A stretch of 63,982 nt of DNA, filler included, from Sphacelaria rigidula (Eukaryota), in the NCBI GenBank assembly GCA_964200075.2. It is 3 parts of 3 records of this genome, joined end to end, with 100 filler letters (N's around TTAATTAATTAA, not from the genome) between each part and the next. Parts side by side here need not be neighbours in the genome. Positions count along the whole stretch, not along the records: positions 1 to 21,583 come from CAXNAA020000405.1; positions 21,684 to 43,249 come from CAXNAA020000406.1; 1 more part is not named here. The stretch is one strand, 5' to 3'. Below, piece after piece: positions 13,731 through 25,220 of this stretch (the first letter of the stretch is position 1; each line of letters opens with the position of its first letter). The position numbers were made by a program, and so were the translations under genes. Under the pieces are notes generated by a model. It saw only the letters and a list, made by a program, of their open reading frames with translations. It searched no databases and was not told the DNA's origin.

Positions 13731-15374
13731 ATGGCTGCTGCTGATTTCTCCTTCCACGCGGGGATGGAATTATTCGAGCCGGGCCTCGTAGACCTGGAAC
13801 CCGCGATGCCTCCGCTGCACCCGCTGCGGCGCTCGCTTTCCCCCCTGCCAACCCGACGACACCCGCGACATCTGTCCGTAGACGAAGGGCAGGAAGCAGA
13901 GACCGTGCTCGGGGAAGACGGCGAGGAGCTGGCTTTGCCAAGGTCTCTCAATTATCGAGGAGGCATCGTGGGAGCGGCTGGAAGGCGGGTCGCTGCTAGC
14001 GCCGAGCCCGCGGCGGCAGCGGGAGTGGCAGAACAGCCCGGGGGTCCGCTCGGCGGCGACGACAGCTTCTCCGCTGTGTCCGCTGCCGCCGCCAGCGCCG
14101 CCGATGGCATGCCGCTATTCGATGATGGTGTGTCCTCGGCAACATCGGAGGATGTGGATGACGATGTGTCTGCCCCACCGGCGCCAATGACGCCGGCAAC
14201 TGTGAACGGAAGTGCAAGGTCGATGGGTATGGGCATCATGGGGGCCCTCGTGGGAGAACGACGGGCACGCGGCGGCGCCGGTGTTAGAGATGAAATGGCC
14301 GAGAGCAGCAGGAGACGTACATTTGGCGGCGGTGGGATTGATCATGGTGTTGATGCCACGGCAAATACTGACGGCGGCAGCATCCACAGGGTACGCAGCG
14401 TTAGCAACGTCAGTAGCACCGACAGTGCAATCAGCGCAGTTAGTAGCAGCGCCGTCCTAGGCATAGAGCGGGAACAGCAGCAGCGATCAAGAAGGCGTGG
14501 GGTGTCGCTAGGTGGTGGAGGTGGGGGTAGCAATGGGTTCGTGCGGTCGGGGCTTTCGCGCAAATTTGTCCGCAGCCTGATCCGACACCTGAACCTCCGG
14601 GCAGACTCGCGGCAGCGGGAAGACCTCCGATCAATGGTTGAAACACTCAAGTGCGTCGCCAATCAACCGGGAGTCGACATGAAGCAAGAGCTCAAGCGCG
14701 AGGCCGTTTCACTCCTGGGACCTGAACTCGCGCGTGAGGCATTTGAGGCTTCGCTCTCGGAAACACGCACCGAGTTTCTGCGCCAGCGCACTGTGGCCGC
14801 CGCGTCGGCCGCCGCCGCGGAGGCGGCGGCCGCAACTACCGCGATCGGCGGAGGTCAAGCGGCCGCGGCAGCCGCAGCCGCAGCCGCAGCCGCAGCAGCC
14901 GCCAGCCAGCAGCGCGGACTATCACCAGTATCAGGTGGAGCAACTGCGGGCATGAGTGAGGAGAATGGGGACGGGAGGGTCGGGGGGGTGCCGCCGGGGG
15001 TACAGGGGCGGCCCAGAGGAGCTCATCCGCACCCCCGGAAGCGGAAGAGCACAGGTGGGCGGAGGGATAGCTTAGACAGCGATGGCGAAGAGGTTGGTGG
15101 ACTGATCGGCGGAGTGACCGGCTCTGTTCCATTTCACCTCATGCCGGCGGAGGAGGTAGAGCAGAGGCTCAAGGCGCTGCACAAGGGCCCCGCGCACCAG
15201 GACTTCCACTTGTGCTGCGTGTGCATGGACCGGTCGCGCGACGCTGCGATAATCCACGGGAAGACGGCTCACCAGGCGGCCTGCTATGACTGCGCCACGG
15301 AGATGTTCGAACAGGGCCTACCTTGCCCTTGTTGCCGGCAGCCGATCGCTTTTGTCGTCAGGAACTACCTCTAG
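13731..15374 (+). CDS. Intronless 547-aa protein with a C-terminal MDM2/MDMX-type C2H2C4 RING finger (putative E3 ubiquitin ligase)
   Basis: The ORF is uninterrupted from ATG to TAG. Its C-terminus CCVCMDRSRDAAIIHGKTAHQAACYDCATEMFEQGLPCPCCRQPIAFVVRNYL* has the spacing C-x2-C-x10-H-x4-H-x3-C-x2-C-x10-C-x2-C. The N-terminal region is low-complexity, with a helical-looking block at about 14556-14790. Confidence 0.92.
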   Translation: MAAADFSFHAGMELFEPGLVDLEPAMPPLHPLRRSLSPLPTRRHPRHLSVDEGQEAETVLGEDGEELALPRSLNYRGGIVGAAGRRVAASAEPAAAAGVAEQPGGPLGGDDSFSAVSAAAASAADGMPLFDDGVSSATSEDVDDDVSAPPAPMTPATVNGSARSMGMGIMGALVGERRARGGAGVRDEMAESSRRRTFGGGGIDHGVDATANTDGGSIHRVRSVSNVSSTDSAISAVSSSAVLGIEREQQQRSRRRGVSLGGGGGGSNGFVRSGLSRKFVRSLIRHLNLRADSRQREDLRSMVETLKCVANQPGVDMKQELKREAVSLLGPELAREAFEASLSETRTEFLRQRTVAAASAAAAEAAAATTAIGGGQAAAAAAAAAAAAAAASQQRGLSPVSGGATAGMSEENGDGRVGGVPPGVQGRPRGAHPHPRKRKSTGGRRDSLDSDGEEVGGLIGGVTGSVPFHLMPAEEVEQRLKALHKGPAHQDFHLCCVCMDRSRDAAIIHGKTAHQAACYDCATEMFEQGLPCPCCRQPIAFVVRNYL

Positions 15375-17212
15375 CTCGCGCGCGTCCGGTGGGTGGTCGG
15401 CATAAGCGGCGTAGAAATAGCAAAGGTGCTGCACTCCTAGGCGTTTGCCGGGGAGTTTGCACTGAAAGGCAGTCGCTTGCACGCGTGCGACACGACGATC
15501 CGGACGGGATCCCCCGTCCCTGTCCCTGTCTCCGCCCCCCCCGTCCCCTCCCCGCGCGCGCGCATGTGGTTGTTCATCGACTTTTTGCTCGAACATTTTG
15601 GTAAATTACCACCATAGAAAAATCAAGTGTTGAAGAGCATGTGGTTTGATAGATGCACATGCACGGAAAGAGGAAATGAGGGCTGATCATCAAAAGTGAG
15701 GAGTGGGGGACACCTTTTTAGCTGTGATAATTTAACGTTCAACCAAACGCGTTTCGTTCGCCTGGTTGCATGATGGGGTGATGTCGGGATATCGATGTTG
15801 GTGACAAACTTTAATAGTTGACTAGTGATCATTTTGCAGGTGTGTGTGGGTGCGTGTTTGGCGGAGTCCACGTGGACAGGACGGCAGGGACATTCCACCG
15901 CTCCTTGAAATGCTTTTCTCCGTGAATTATTCACGGTTTGAAAAACGTTGGGTGTTGCTCCGACGGGGGGATTGGATGCCTTTATTTTTTTCCTGGAGAG
16001 GCATGAGCAGGACCGTCGTTGCACCATGTGCTGTAGTGTTGCGTGTTGTTTGTTGTGAGATTGGACTCGCGCACGTAGCGTATTAATCAGGCGGTTGTTC
16101 TTGCTGCTTGCTGAAGTTGAAGGGTGACATATTCGAGTGGGGGGTGGGGGGCGGGGGAGGTTGCGACCTGCTTTGCGTTGGTTGTACCTGGTTGTCGTGT
16201 GGATGGTTTCAGTTACAAGCGTTTCGTGTTTTTTTTGGTGGCACTGATTTGTTCTTGCGGAGTGCGTGTCGTCCCGTTCTTGGAGAAGAAAACAAACTGA
16301 ACATGATTTCGAGACTCGTGCAGGAAAAGCCCGGCCCGGTTTTGAACGATAGGCGGACCGGACCAATCAGTGCTCTCTTCCGCGTCTGTGTGTACACAGA
16401 CGCACACGTGCAGTTTCTCTTTTTATTTGGCGTCCTGGTCATTGGGAGGGAGAGGGAAAGGAGGGCCTTGAGGTCCCTGACGTACAGTATAACAGATTGT
16501 TCGAGGTAGCTCAATATATGAGAATCCAATCTTCCAGTGCCGTGGAGTGAACATAGCAGCTGTGGGGGGTGGTATTGGGGGTTTAGGCATTTCTATACAT
16601 ACAAGAGATAGCGCGTGGGCACGAGATATGATGTTGCCGCAATAATGCGAACGTGTTTTTTAGTATTTTTCAAAGATGATAGCAGTGGAGATGCGAAATG
16701 TATACAGGTGTCGAGGACGGGGGGGGGGATGATGGCACAGCGATCTTCACCTGAATTTAGCTAATCTGAGTCGCTCGCGTGATGTTGGTGGCGAGACATT
16801 GCTCGTTCGTGGATGGTTCTTGTGATTTGCGCAAGCAACGTCGTTGGCCGTGGCCGTTGCCGTGGATGGCAGCTGCGGACCTTTATGTCGAGGGCCTGTT
16901 TGTTTGTTTATTCTCGAAGAAGGTGGAGGAGGAATTTTGTTCGACATACGAGTATATATATTTTCTTGAGAGCTAGAACGAGAGATACGTGGCCGTATCA
17001 TAGATAGTGAGCGCGTCTTTTTACCTGAGGACCATATCGGAAACAACGAACCGAATGGACCCAAATAGTATAGTGATCGTGGTGGCTGTTTTTCCTCAAA
17101 CCGCTCGCGGTGGAATTGGATATCAGAGATAGCTGGGGAAGGATCGCGATGAAAGCGTCGGAAACAGTTTTTGGGTTGTCGGTCCGTGTATGTGCTAGCG
17201 TCGCCGTCGTCG

Positions 17213-17252
<40 letters not shown>

Positions 17253-18706
17253 CTCCCGGCCCCCCCCCGCTAGTCGTGGTTCACGAAGAAATGAGGGCAN
17301 NNNNNNNNNGGTGGGGGAGGACTGGGATGAAAGCGTCGGAAAAAGTTTTTGGGTTTTCCGTCCGGGTTTGTTCTTGCGGCGCCGGCGGCCCCCCCCCCCC
17401 CCCCCGCGCGCCCATGTCTTCTCCGTTGGCGATGCCGTTTCGGTAGTTATGACGAAATACCGGACGATATTTTGCTCGGAAATGTTGAGGTCTTCCGTCG
17501 TCTTTTGAATCGAGCTTTTTGTTCAAAAATTGTACACATCGTGGGGTGTCCAATTGCTGTTATTACCCCGACTCCAAGCACGCTGTAACTACTTCTTTTT
17601 TTTTCGTACCCGTTCACGTGACCAGTGCTACGGCTGTTCCTTGAGCGGCATCCTTTCAGTACAAAAACGACAGTTGATCTAGAAATCCGTCAAACCTGGG
17701 GCTGTAGCTGAGTGACTCGTCCCTGTACATATGCCGACACGCTTGAAAAAATGGATCCAGCGCGTATGACGGTCCTCATGACCTGATGCTTTACAAAAGC
17801 AGCCCGCTCATGAAAAACTGACACATCACGAAAAGGCTGAGTTTCTTGCCTGATGCACAGGTTGATCATAACCTGTGTGCAATGCTATGGTGGGGGTGCA
17901 CTCTTCGCGCAAAATATTGTCTAGTTCCGGGACTCTTCACGATTAGAGATGCACAAGAATATGGGTCAGGGCATGCCCGTTTGCAAATTCATTCGCGACA
18001 TCCCCAGCATATGAAAATAGTAATCCTGGCGAATTCTCACATAGTCGTGTTTTGGATAAGATGAAAGGCTCCTAGCGATTCTAACCTGAGAAAATATTTG
18101 TGCACCCTTACCATATCATCACTGCTCGATATTGAACTGAGGCTAGCGCACCCCTCGTTGAGGCTGAGAAGAAAACACCTTTTTTGAAAACAGTTCGCCT
18201 GATTTTCCCACAACCTCGTTACTGATGAGCGGGCTGCTACAAATTGGTCCACGGGTAATCGCTCAAAAATTGTGTCATCAGCAAATGCCCCATGCCTTGC
18301 GTAATGCCCACCCAATAGTCGCGTACATGATCGTAGTACTGACACATGGACAACCGAAGAGAGGAGCAGCCGTATTTCGGTCAAGACGAGGGGCCCCGTA
18401 TCGGGAAATGGGTGCACCACCACCGCCCAGGCCGCAAAAAACACATTCTGGGGTTGGAGGAGTGACGGGGGGGGGGGGTACCCCTCTGATCGTTGGATGA
18501 TGGCACACGGCCTGAAAGGGTGAAAAAATTGCGCGAACGAACTGAGTAAACACTGCGCCCTTTCCGGATCTTCCATCTTCTACTTATCACATATAACAGT
18601 TTCATAAAATATACAGATATCCAATCTTTGGCTCAACCTCTTGGTAGGAGTCAAAATTTCGCGAAAAAAGTACACCCCTACCGTAGCATTGCTCGGCAAC
18701 TAAACA

Positions 18707-18946
18707 ACATGCTGCTTTCGAACGCTTGTTCCCTTTCAGGCTTGTTTTTATATGTCGATCAGACACTGCCTCATAATTTCAACAGTGGTGGACTAGTGGG
18801 GTGGCGGGCCTGTTCACAGAACAGCCGACAAGCTCATCAAATCAACCACGTGTGTTTGAGAGTTTCCCACGAAAAATTATGAGGCAGTGTCTGATCGAGA
18901 TATAAAAACAAGCCTGAAGGGGAAAAAGCGTTCGAACGCAGCATGT
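18707..18946. mobile_element. Fold-back/MITE-like element, arms about 73 bp
   Basis: acatgctgctttcgaacgcttgttccctttcaggcttgtttttatatgtcgatcagacactgcctcataattt pairs with 18874-18946. A third, diverged arm copy starts at about 18970. Confidence 0.85.
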
Positions 18947-19862
18947 CCACCCGCTTAGCGATCAATCAGCATGCTGCTTTGGACGCTTGTTCCTCTCCAC
19001 GCGCTTCTTTTTTCGGTCTCGATCAGACACGGCCCAAGCCAGGGATGAGGCCCAGGAGGAGCGGAGTGACTATCCTGAGCAATCACGGCTGTCAACATGG
19101 TCCCTTTGTTCCCCCGTAGGTGGACTACACGGGTGGACTGCTTCGCTGAGTAGCCGTATTTCTCACTTTGGTCATGGCGAGTAGATAACATGGGCACAAA
19201 CAATGTCCTCTTCACTCCGCTCGCGGTCTTTACCGCCTGCCTGACCCCTCTTGCGTTGCAGGATAGCTGCAAACTGTACGTGATGTTTTGAAGATGAGAG
19301 TAGCTGCCTAGTCTAATCCACAGAAATGAAAAAAATCAAGAGAAGCATGTGTAGTGCACCCATGACGGATCCGTGACTACTGTAGATCAAGACACCCGTT
19401 CTCCCATCAAGGTTGATATTTTGTGGCTGTGGTATTCGTAGACCACGGGGGGGGGGGCAATTTCGAAGCCGCAACAATCCTCGTGGTTCACACTGTGACT
19501 ATTCCTCATTCAGCGTTCACGCACGAATGAAGGTGAGCGACGTGCTCGCGTAAATGGTTTCAGCCACGGATGGTCCATACACAGAAACTGTCCGACAGAC
19601 TCCGCACGGACATGCCAGGATTTTCGCCGGTCAAAAATCCCCACATCAGCCACAAGGTGGAGAGAAGAAAAGCATTTCTCCAGACTACTTGTGCACCCAA
19701 CACCGCCCCCTCTCGCCCTTCCGTTACTCATGCCTAATCGGCTATAATAACAGAGATGAACTAGCGGCGCGGCGCACGCGTGCGCGCGCGTATGACGAGA
19801 AAACGCCAAATCAGGAACAATATGACGCTTTTTGAGGGAGGGAGGGGAAGGGGGCGATAGAG

Positions 19863-19980
19863 GTGTACTCATGACCTTGCATGCCGTTGTCATGAGACCA
19901 TTGACCTCGCATCCCGACAAAGCCGGGACGGAGCACGCTGCGCTTTCGCCGGACCAGGTTCGCAAGCGATCACCAAGGAA
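19863..19980 (+). repeat. Dispersed repeat family 'GTACTCATGATC...GACCATTGACCTCGCATCCCGACAAAGCCGGGACGGAGCACGCC', copy 1
   Basis: Closely similar motifs occur at ~20967-21200, 26400-26660, 26800-27055, 43190-43249 and 43455-43535. Confidence 0.85.
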
Positions 19981-21583
19981 CGGGGGAGAGGCTTTCACAC
20001 TTCCAACACCTCCCCTTCGTGATGACGTTTGAGCGTATGAGTCCGTCGTTCGTCTCGAGGGACCGACTGCCGCATGCGATCCCTCCCTCGGTACCTCCCT
20101 CACTGACATTCTGGTATCGCCTGTTGTAGTGGATCCGCACTCCCACAGCGCGTCCACTCTCCTCACTTTTTTTTTTCGCGAATCGCGTCCTTATATGCTC
20201 TAAATGGCTGGCCGTCGGTGAGCCAGCGACACTATGGGGACGAGGACGAGGCTGGATCAACATACTTTTTTCTTGAGTTCGGACAAAAAACAAGGTTGCC
20301 TGATTCCCACTCCTCCACTCGATAGCTCGTCATTTTTTCTTCTCCTTTGGTCGTGCCTTGTTGAAGAAGAGCAACACCCACATGATGAAGATTAGAGAGA
20401 AAGAGAAGGGAAAACACGTGAAGCTTGCGCAAAAGCTGACCGCAATTTCTAGATCAGTCGGAGGGCATGCATGCACGTGTATATATATATATATATATAT
20501 ATATACGTTGCACTATGGAGGATAGAGAGATATATCGATGAGCTATCTAGTACGGAAATACCTGCAGTCTAGAATATCCCGGAAAAACAAGAAAACAACC
20601 AAAACACACCACGAAAATAAACGCACTACGACGTCTACTGGCTGTACGACTGAGTGCACTCAATATCGAATGGCTTCAACGCCGCCCCCCCCTCCTCCCC
20701 CCCCCACCCTCTCCGCGCTTTTCTTTCTCTTCAGTACGTCGAGTACACCGTGAACAGCTCAAATTTTTGCTTCCCCCTAGGCAAAGATCCAATCAGATCG
20801 GGCAGCACATCCTCAAGCACATCCTGGGGAGGGCAGGGGGTTGCATACGACGAGATCAGGGCGGATGGGGGGCGGGAGGGGGGAGAGAAAAGAGGGCGTG
20901 ACATCAACCTTAGCTCACTGCATTGATCATGTAATTAACCCTAATCCTGTAAGGGGCGGGGCGGGGAGTGTACTCATGATCATGCATGCCACAGTCATAT
21001 GACCATTGACCTCGGGGGGGGAGGTACTCATGGCTGATTTGGGTGTACTCATGATCATGCCTGGCATAGTCATGAGACCATTGGCCTCGCATCCCTACAA
21101 AGCCGGGACGGAACACGCCGGGTTTTCCCCGGACCAGGCGGGGGGGTGCATACTCATTTGTTGCCTGCCTCAGTCGTTTGATCATTGACCACGCATCCCG
21201 TTCGAGACGGAGTATTATCCCGCACCAGGAGAGACACGAGAAGGATTAGGGTGGGAATAGACTGGCACTGCGAGAAGTAAGACTTCCCCTTTGACGAAAC
21301 GTGTGGTGCGTCAAGGTGCATCTTCTCCAACTTGAAGCGGTGGAGTCAGCAGTGTAGCGATCTTTCCTCCCGTTGCGCCGCCCCAGGCAAAAATACATGT
21401 GCTCTCGGTGCGGATAATGACGTAAGCTTGGTACAAGCAGTGTCAGCACGATCGTATCTAACGAGACCCTGAGAAGACAATCGACCCCCACAACTGAAAA
21501 CAATAGTCAGGGCATATCTCAATGGCCGGTTAAGATCACCACAACGGGGGGGTGTTCTCATGTGTTAAGGGGGGGGAGGGTGT

Positions 21584-21683
21584 NNNNNNNNNNNNNNNNN
21601 NNNNNNNNNNNNNNNNNNNNNNNNNNNTTAATTAATTAANNNNNNNNNNNNNNNNNNNNNNNNNNNNNNNNNNNNNNNNNNNN
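21584..21683. other. Scaffold gap spacer (44 N + TTAATTAATTAA + 44 N)
   Basis: Artificial linker with stop codons in all frames. An identical structure occurs at 43250-43349. Confidence 0.97.
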
Positions 21684-21756
21684 TTTTGGATGAGATAAGG
21701 GGCTCCTAACAATTCTAATCTCAGAAATTATTTCTGTACCCCTACCGTAGCATCAC

Positions 21757-22111
21757 TCCTTAGCACACATAGTTTTCGATCGAAATCGTGCGGTGGAAAA
21801 CAAAAGCCCCGATGTGATGGGTCGTAATTTCAACCATCGTCGTTAATTTTGAAGATGCTTGAATCACGACCCATCAGATCAGGATTTTTGTTTTCCACCG
21901 CACTTTTTTGATCGAAAACTCATGTGCGAAGACAGCCTTGGCACATGATTTTTCGATCAAAAAAGTGCGGTGGAAAACAAAAATCCTGATCTGATGGTTC
22001 ATTATTCAAACCATCTTCAAAATTCACGACGATGGTTGAAATTACAAGCTATCAGATCGGGATTTTTGCTATCCACCGTACAATTTCGATTGAAAACTAA
22101 TGTTCTAGGAC
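21757..22111. mobile_element. Two abutting palindromic MITE copies (about 175 bp each) in inverted orientation
   Basis: Each copy has TIRs of about 60 bp (CTT[AG]GCAC...TTTTCGATC[AG]AAA...GCGGTGGAAAACAAAA). Copy B (21935-22111) is the reverse-complement homologue of copy A (21757-21933). Related termini occur at ~2447, ~3215-3251 and ~62350-62388. Confidence 0.85.
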
Positions 22112-22710
22112 TGGACCTTAGGGCGTATCTTATCGAGATCAGAAGAAGAACCGGAAAGAAAAACCGAGCAACGAGAAGCACGCTTACTAGTCGCCGCAAT
22201 ACAACCCCCCCCAAGGGAAAAGGGGTGGCGGCGCTGTATTCCGATGCGGCGGCGCTTCTTTTTGGCAGCGGTGCTTGTTTCAAACTTTTTTTTAGTTTCC
22301 AGAGCTATATTCGCCTAGACGGTTTTGGGCTGTTTGCCATGAAGGGCAATCTCATGCGTGAGCGGAACGCGTGTTTTTTGGACCGCATCAAAGTTCAATA
22401 TTTACAGTACTACCGCACCGTGCGTTATTACTCTCCTGTCTGTATTGAATCATGCCGCGGCACGGTACTGTCCGTAAAGAAATATCTACCGAGCATGAAA
22501 TATGTACAAAAGCAGCTGGGTCGGCTGCCTCCTAAGTGTTTATGATAATGTGAACGGCTGCTGCTGCTTTTCCCACTCGCTGATGATGGTTCGCCTCTAC
22601 ATGTGTGTGAGGGCTGTGATGATGTCTGTGTGCATGTCGTACCGTGTGCCGTGCGTGAACTGTGTGTGGGCTCTCTTGTCGGGGACGGATTCATAAGTGT
22701 GTTCGTTGGA

Positions 22711-23248
22711 TAGGCTCTGACTTCTAAGACATGCCTTACTTTTTGCCTTGGAGCCCCTTTTCAGGGAGGGGCTGCCTGAGAGGGGGTATGGCGCCTGAGA
22801 TGCCTTGTTTGGGCGAGGCAAACAAATATACTACAACAAAGAATGGAAGTAAGGCACACGAATGACGACGCCAACTCCAATTGGTCGGAATACCGGGGTT
22901 TTACCTTTTGCCTTCCAGATCCTTTTCGAAAAGGGGTTGCCTGATGAGTTGTTTTATGCCTGAGATGCCTTTTTTCACTAAGGCGAACACATTTTACCAC
23001 AAGAACAGTAGCAATAAGTCGAGCTTGCGACAACGCCCACTCCAATTATTCGGGTAACCGGAGTGACTGCCGAAGGCAAGTCTCAGGCAAGTCTCAGGCA
23101 TCCCGAGCAAAAGAGTTCGGTATTTCAGACATGAATACGGGGTAAGGCATGCCTTAGCAGTTGCCTGAGCCCAACTATTTTGCCTGAGACGTGCCTTAGA
23201 CGGTTTGCCTTAGATCCCCCTTCGGCATGCCTTAGAAGTCAGGGCCTA
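22711..23248. mobile_element. Non-autonomous hAT-type DNA transposon (538 bp)
   Basis: 25-bp TIRs TAGGC[TC]CTGACTTCTAAG[AG]CATGCC with 2 mismatches. Perfect 8-bp TSD TCGTTGGA at 22703-22710 and 23249-23256. Many internal GCCTGAG/GCCTTAG motifs occur on both strands. Confidence 0.9.
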
Positions 23249-23737
23249 TCGTTGGACCGGCGGGTCTGCTCAAACGTGCTACGGAACTGGTTCTACGCTG
23301 GGGGTAGGTTCTGTGAATCTGCCCATAGAAGTAGAAATACGCCGGCCGAAATTACGCTGGCTGCAAGTCGCCTCCGGAAATCATTCCGACGAAACTGAAT
23401 TATTCTGGAAATGAGAAAAGTGAGAGCGGAGGAGGAATCTGATGACGATCCGAAAGGAACGTGAAACGATTGCCACGATTGGGCAGTCCGGCTCTTCAAG
23501 GGGTGTGCACAGCTGGCTTCTCCATCACCAGCATCGCTTTGCATTTTCAGTATCCTTACTACCTTTCCCCCATAGATTGGAACGCCGCGTGACTTCTACT
23601 GAAATCGTGAATGGCCATTTCACTATCAACAACGTTTTCGTGAGATGAAGAGTAGAGCGCTGATTGAGAGTGACTTCGGAAATAATCTGCTTTAACCTAA
23701 CCAATTTTTCATTCCGTGTGTGCTTTTCTTCACCTCT

Positions 23738-23959
23738 GACACTTTGTACGATAGCGCCCTCCCAAAAAGTGCATGGTTTTGGGAGGCAAAATCTTCACGT
23801 ACATCGAAATGGGCAAAGCCGAGCACAACGACAAGCTGGGAACTCCCACGCTTGGGTTCGTTCTAGCCCCCTGAACCCGAACATCAGGCGCTGTATGGCC
23901 TTTTTTTTTCGAGACACTTTTAGCTGGTTGTGGGCGGGGGGGCTATCGTAGAAAGTGTC
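23738..23959. mobile_element. MITE of the same family as 4657-4908
   Basis: TIRs gacactttgtacgatagc / gctatcgtagaaagtgtc. The internal sequence is homologous to 4657-4908 in reverse orientation. Confidence 0.75.
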
Positions 23960-24228
23960 CTCTATCACTAGCGTGTGCTTACAACTACACACACGTCGAT
24001 ATCCTGCTCAGGGATAGCAACGGCCTCAGTGGCAAGCTACTACAGAAAGCATGTGGGGCCACGTGAAGGGGCCTTTCGGAACTGAAACGGTTTATTCACT
24101 TATTGAGCGCTGTTCACTTTCAATCGCATCCTCTACTCTCGATCTCACGAAAACATTACTTATCACACTCATCCCTTTACTCTCACGTTTCTTGTTTCGC
24201 TTACACGCGGCCTAAAACCCCTTCTTAA

Positions 24229-24327
24229 CCCTTGGACCGCGAGGTTAGTCTTTCTTGATCATGTATACTTTTTTACCCTTAAAATTGATGTCGATTCAAC
24301 ATATGACCGACTCTCGCCGTCTAAGGG
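24229..24327. mobile_element. piggyBac-type mini-MITE copy
   Basis: TTAA|CCCTTGGACCGCGAG ... CTCGCCGTCTAAGGG, collinear with 63115-63213. The right TSD is degraded. Confidence 0.75.
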
Positions 24328-24899
24328 TAGCGGGAGGACAAAAGGGGATAATATTGTGAGGATGAAAGTAACGGTTCAAAACCTCATATTCATGAGGAAA
24401 TAACAACGCGAAGAGAGCAATCCATCACATGTATATAGTACCGCTGCCACTGATGATGGAACATCTACGGCCCTCTGAGCAACCCTTTGTCGTTCCCTTC
24501 CCAAGAAACATCCAACTGTTCGCCCGTTTTCACGAAACTCGATGCAAAAATGGTTGCCTTCTATTCCGAGGGTGGTGATAACAACAACCGTTCACCAATA
24601 GAACCGCAAAAGAATAATAACCTCCACTCATTATCATTCTCGTATGAAACACCGGCTTCCCGTGCAATGACCTCGCATTGCCTCCGTTTGTAGCTGGTTT
24701 CTGCCGACCCCGAGAGACCAAGGTAGATGGCATCGTCCAGCGCCGATCACGATCACGAAGCAGAACAACGGTCGAATCGACTGGAGATGTCCGACATGAC
24801 AGCAAACGGAAAGTCAGCATACCCGCCGGAGTCGGCACGCACGAATGCCGTACGCAACAGCGGTGACTCGGACCTTCGACGAACAACAGTCGTTGCTGA

Positions 24900-25220
24900 C
24901 ACTCGGGTGCTCAAGACAGATGGTGGTAGCTCGGAGCTCCCGGTGATGCCGCTACAAGATCAGGAGACCATGGACGTGTTCATATTCCTGAAGATTGTGA
25001 GTCTCGCGTGAGCGAATACCTTACTATGATGGCATGCATGTGGTAGGAGAGGTAATACTAAAACATTGAAGGGTCTCGCTCACCATGCGACATGGCAGGC
25101 TGACCCGTAAGAGCCATTACTTTGGCCGACCAGCCAGCTCCGTCCATCTGCGCGTGACAAGTACAACTATCTGGCTACGATCACTCATGAACATGTGGAC
25201 GGAAATTTTCATAATTCGTT
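24900..25220 (+). pseudogene. Ty1/copia GAG-pre-integrase/integrase relic
   Basis: Fragments 'ANTLL*WHACGR' (LWH motif) and 'KYNYLATITHEH' frameshifting to 'WTEIFII' resemble the copia integrase N-terminal YxYxxxITDExTxWTEIF segment. Stops and deletions are present. Confidence 0.45.

Noticed and set aside
15623-16366. 247-aa minus-strand ORF downstream of the RING gene
   Set aside because: No domain or splice support; it overlaps the probable 3' UTR of the RING gene.
17130-17410. Apparent tandem duplication (gatgaaagcgtcggaaa...) either side of a 10-N gap
   Set aside because: Most likely the same locus read twice with errors around a poly-C tract, i.e. an unmerged overlap.
21628-21639. TTAATTAATTAA palindrome inside N runs (also at 43294-43305)
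   Set aside because: It is an artificial scaffolding linker.
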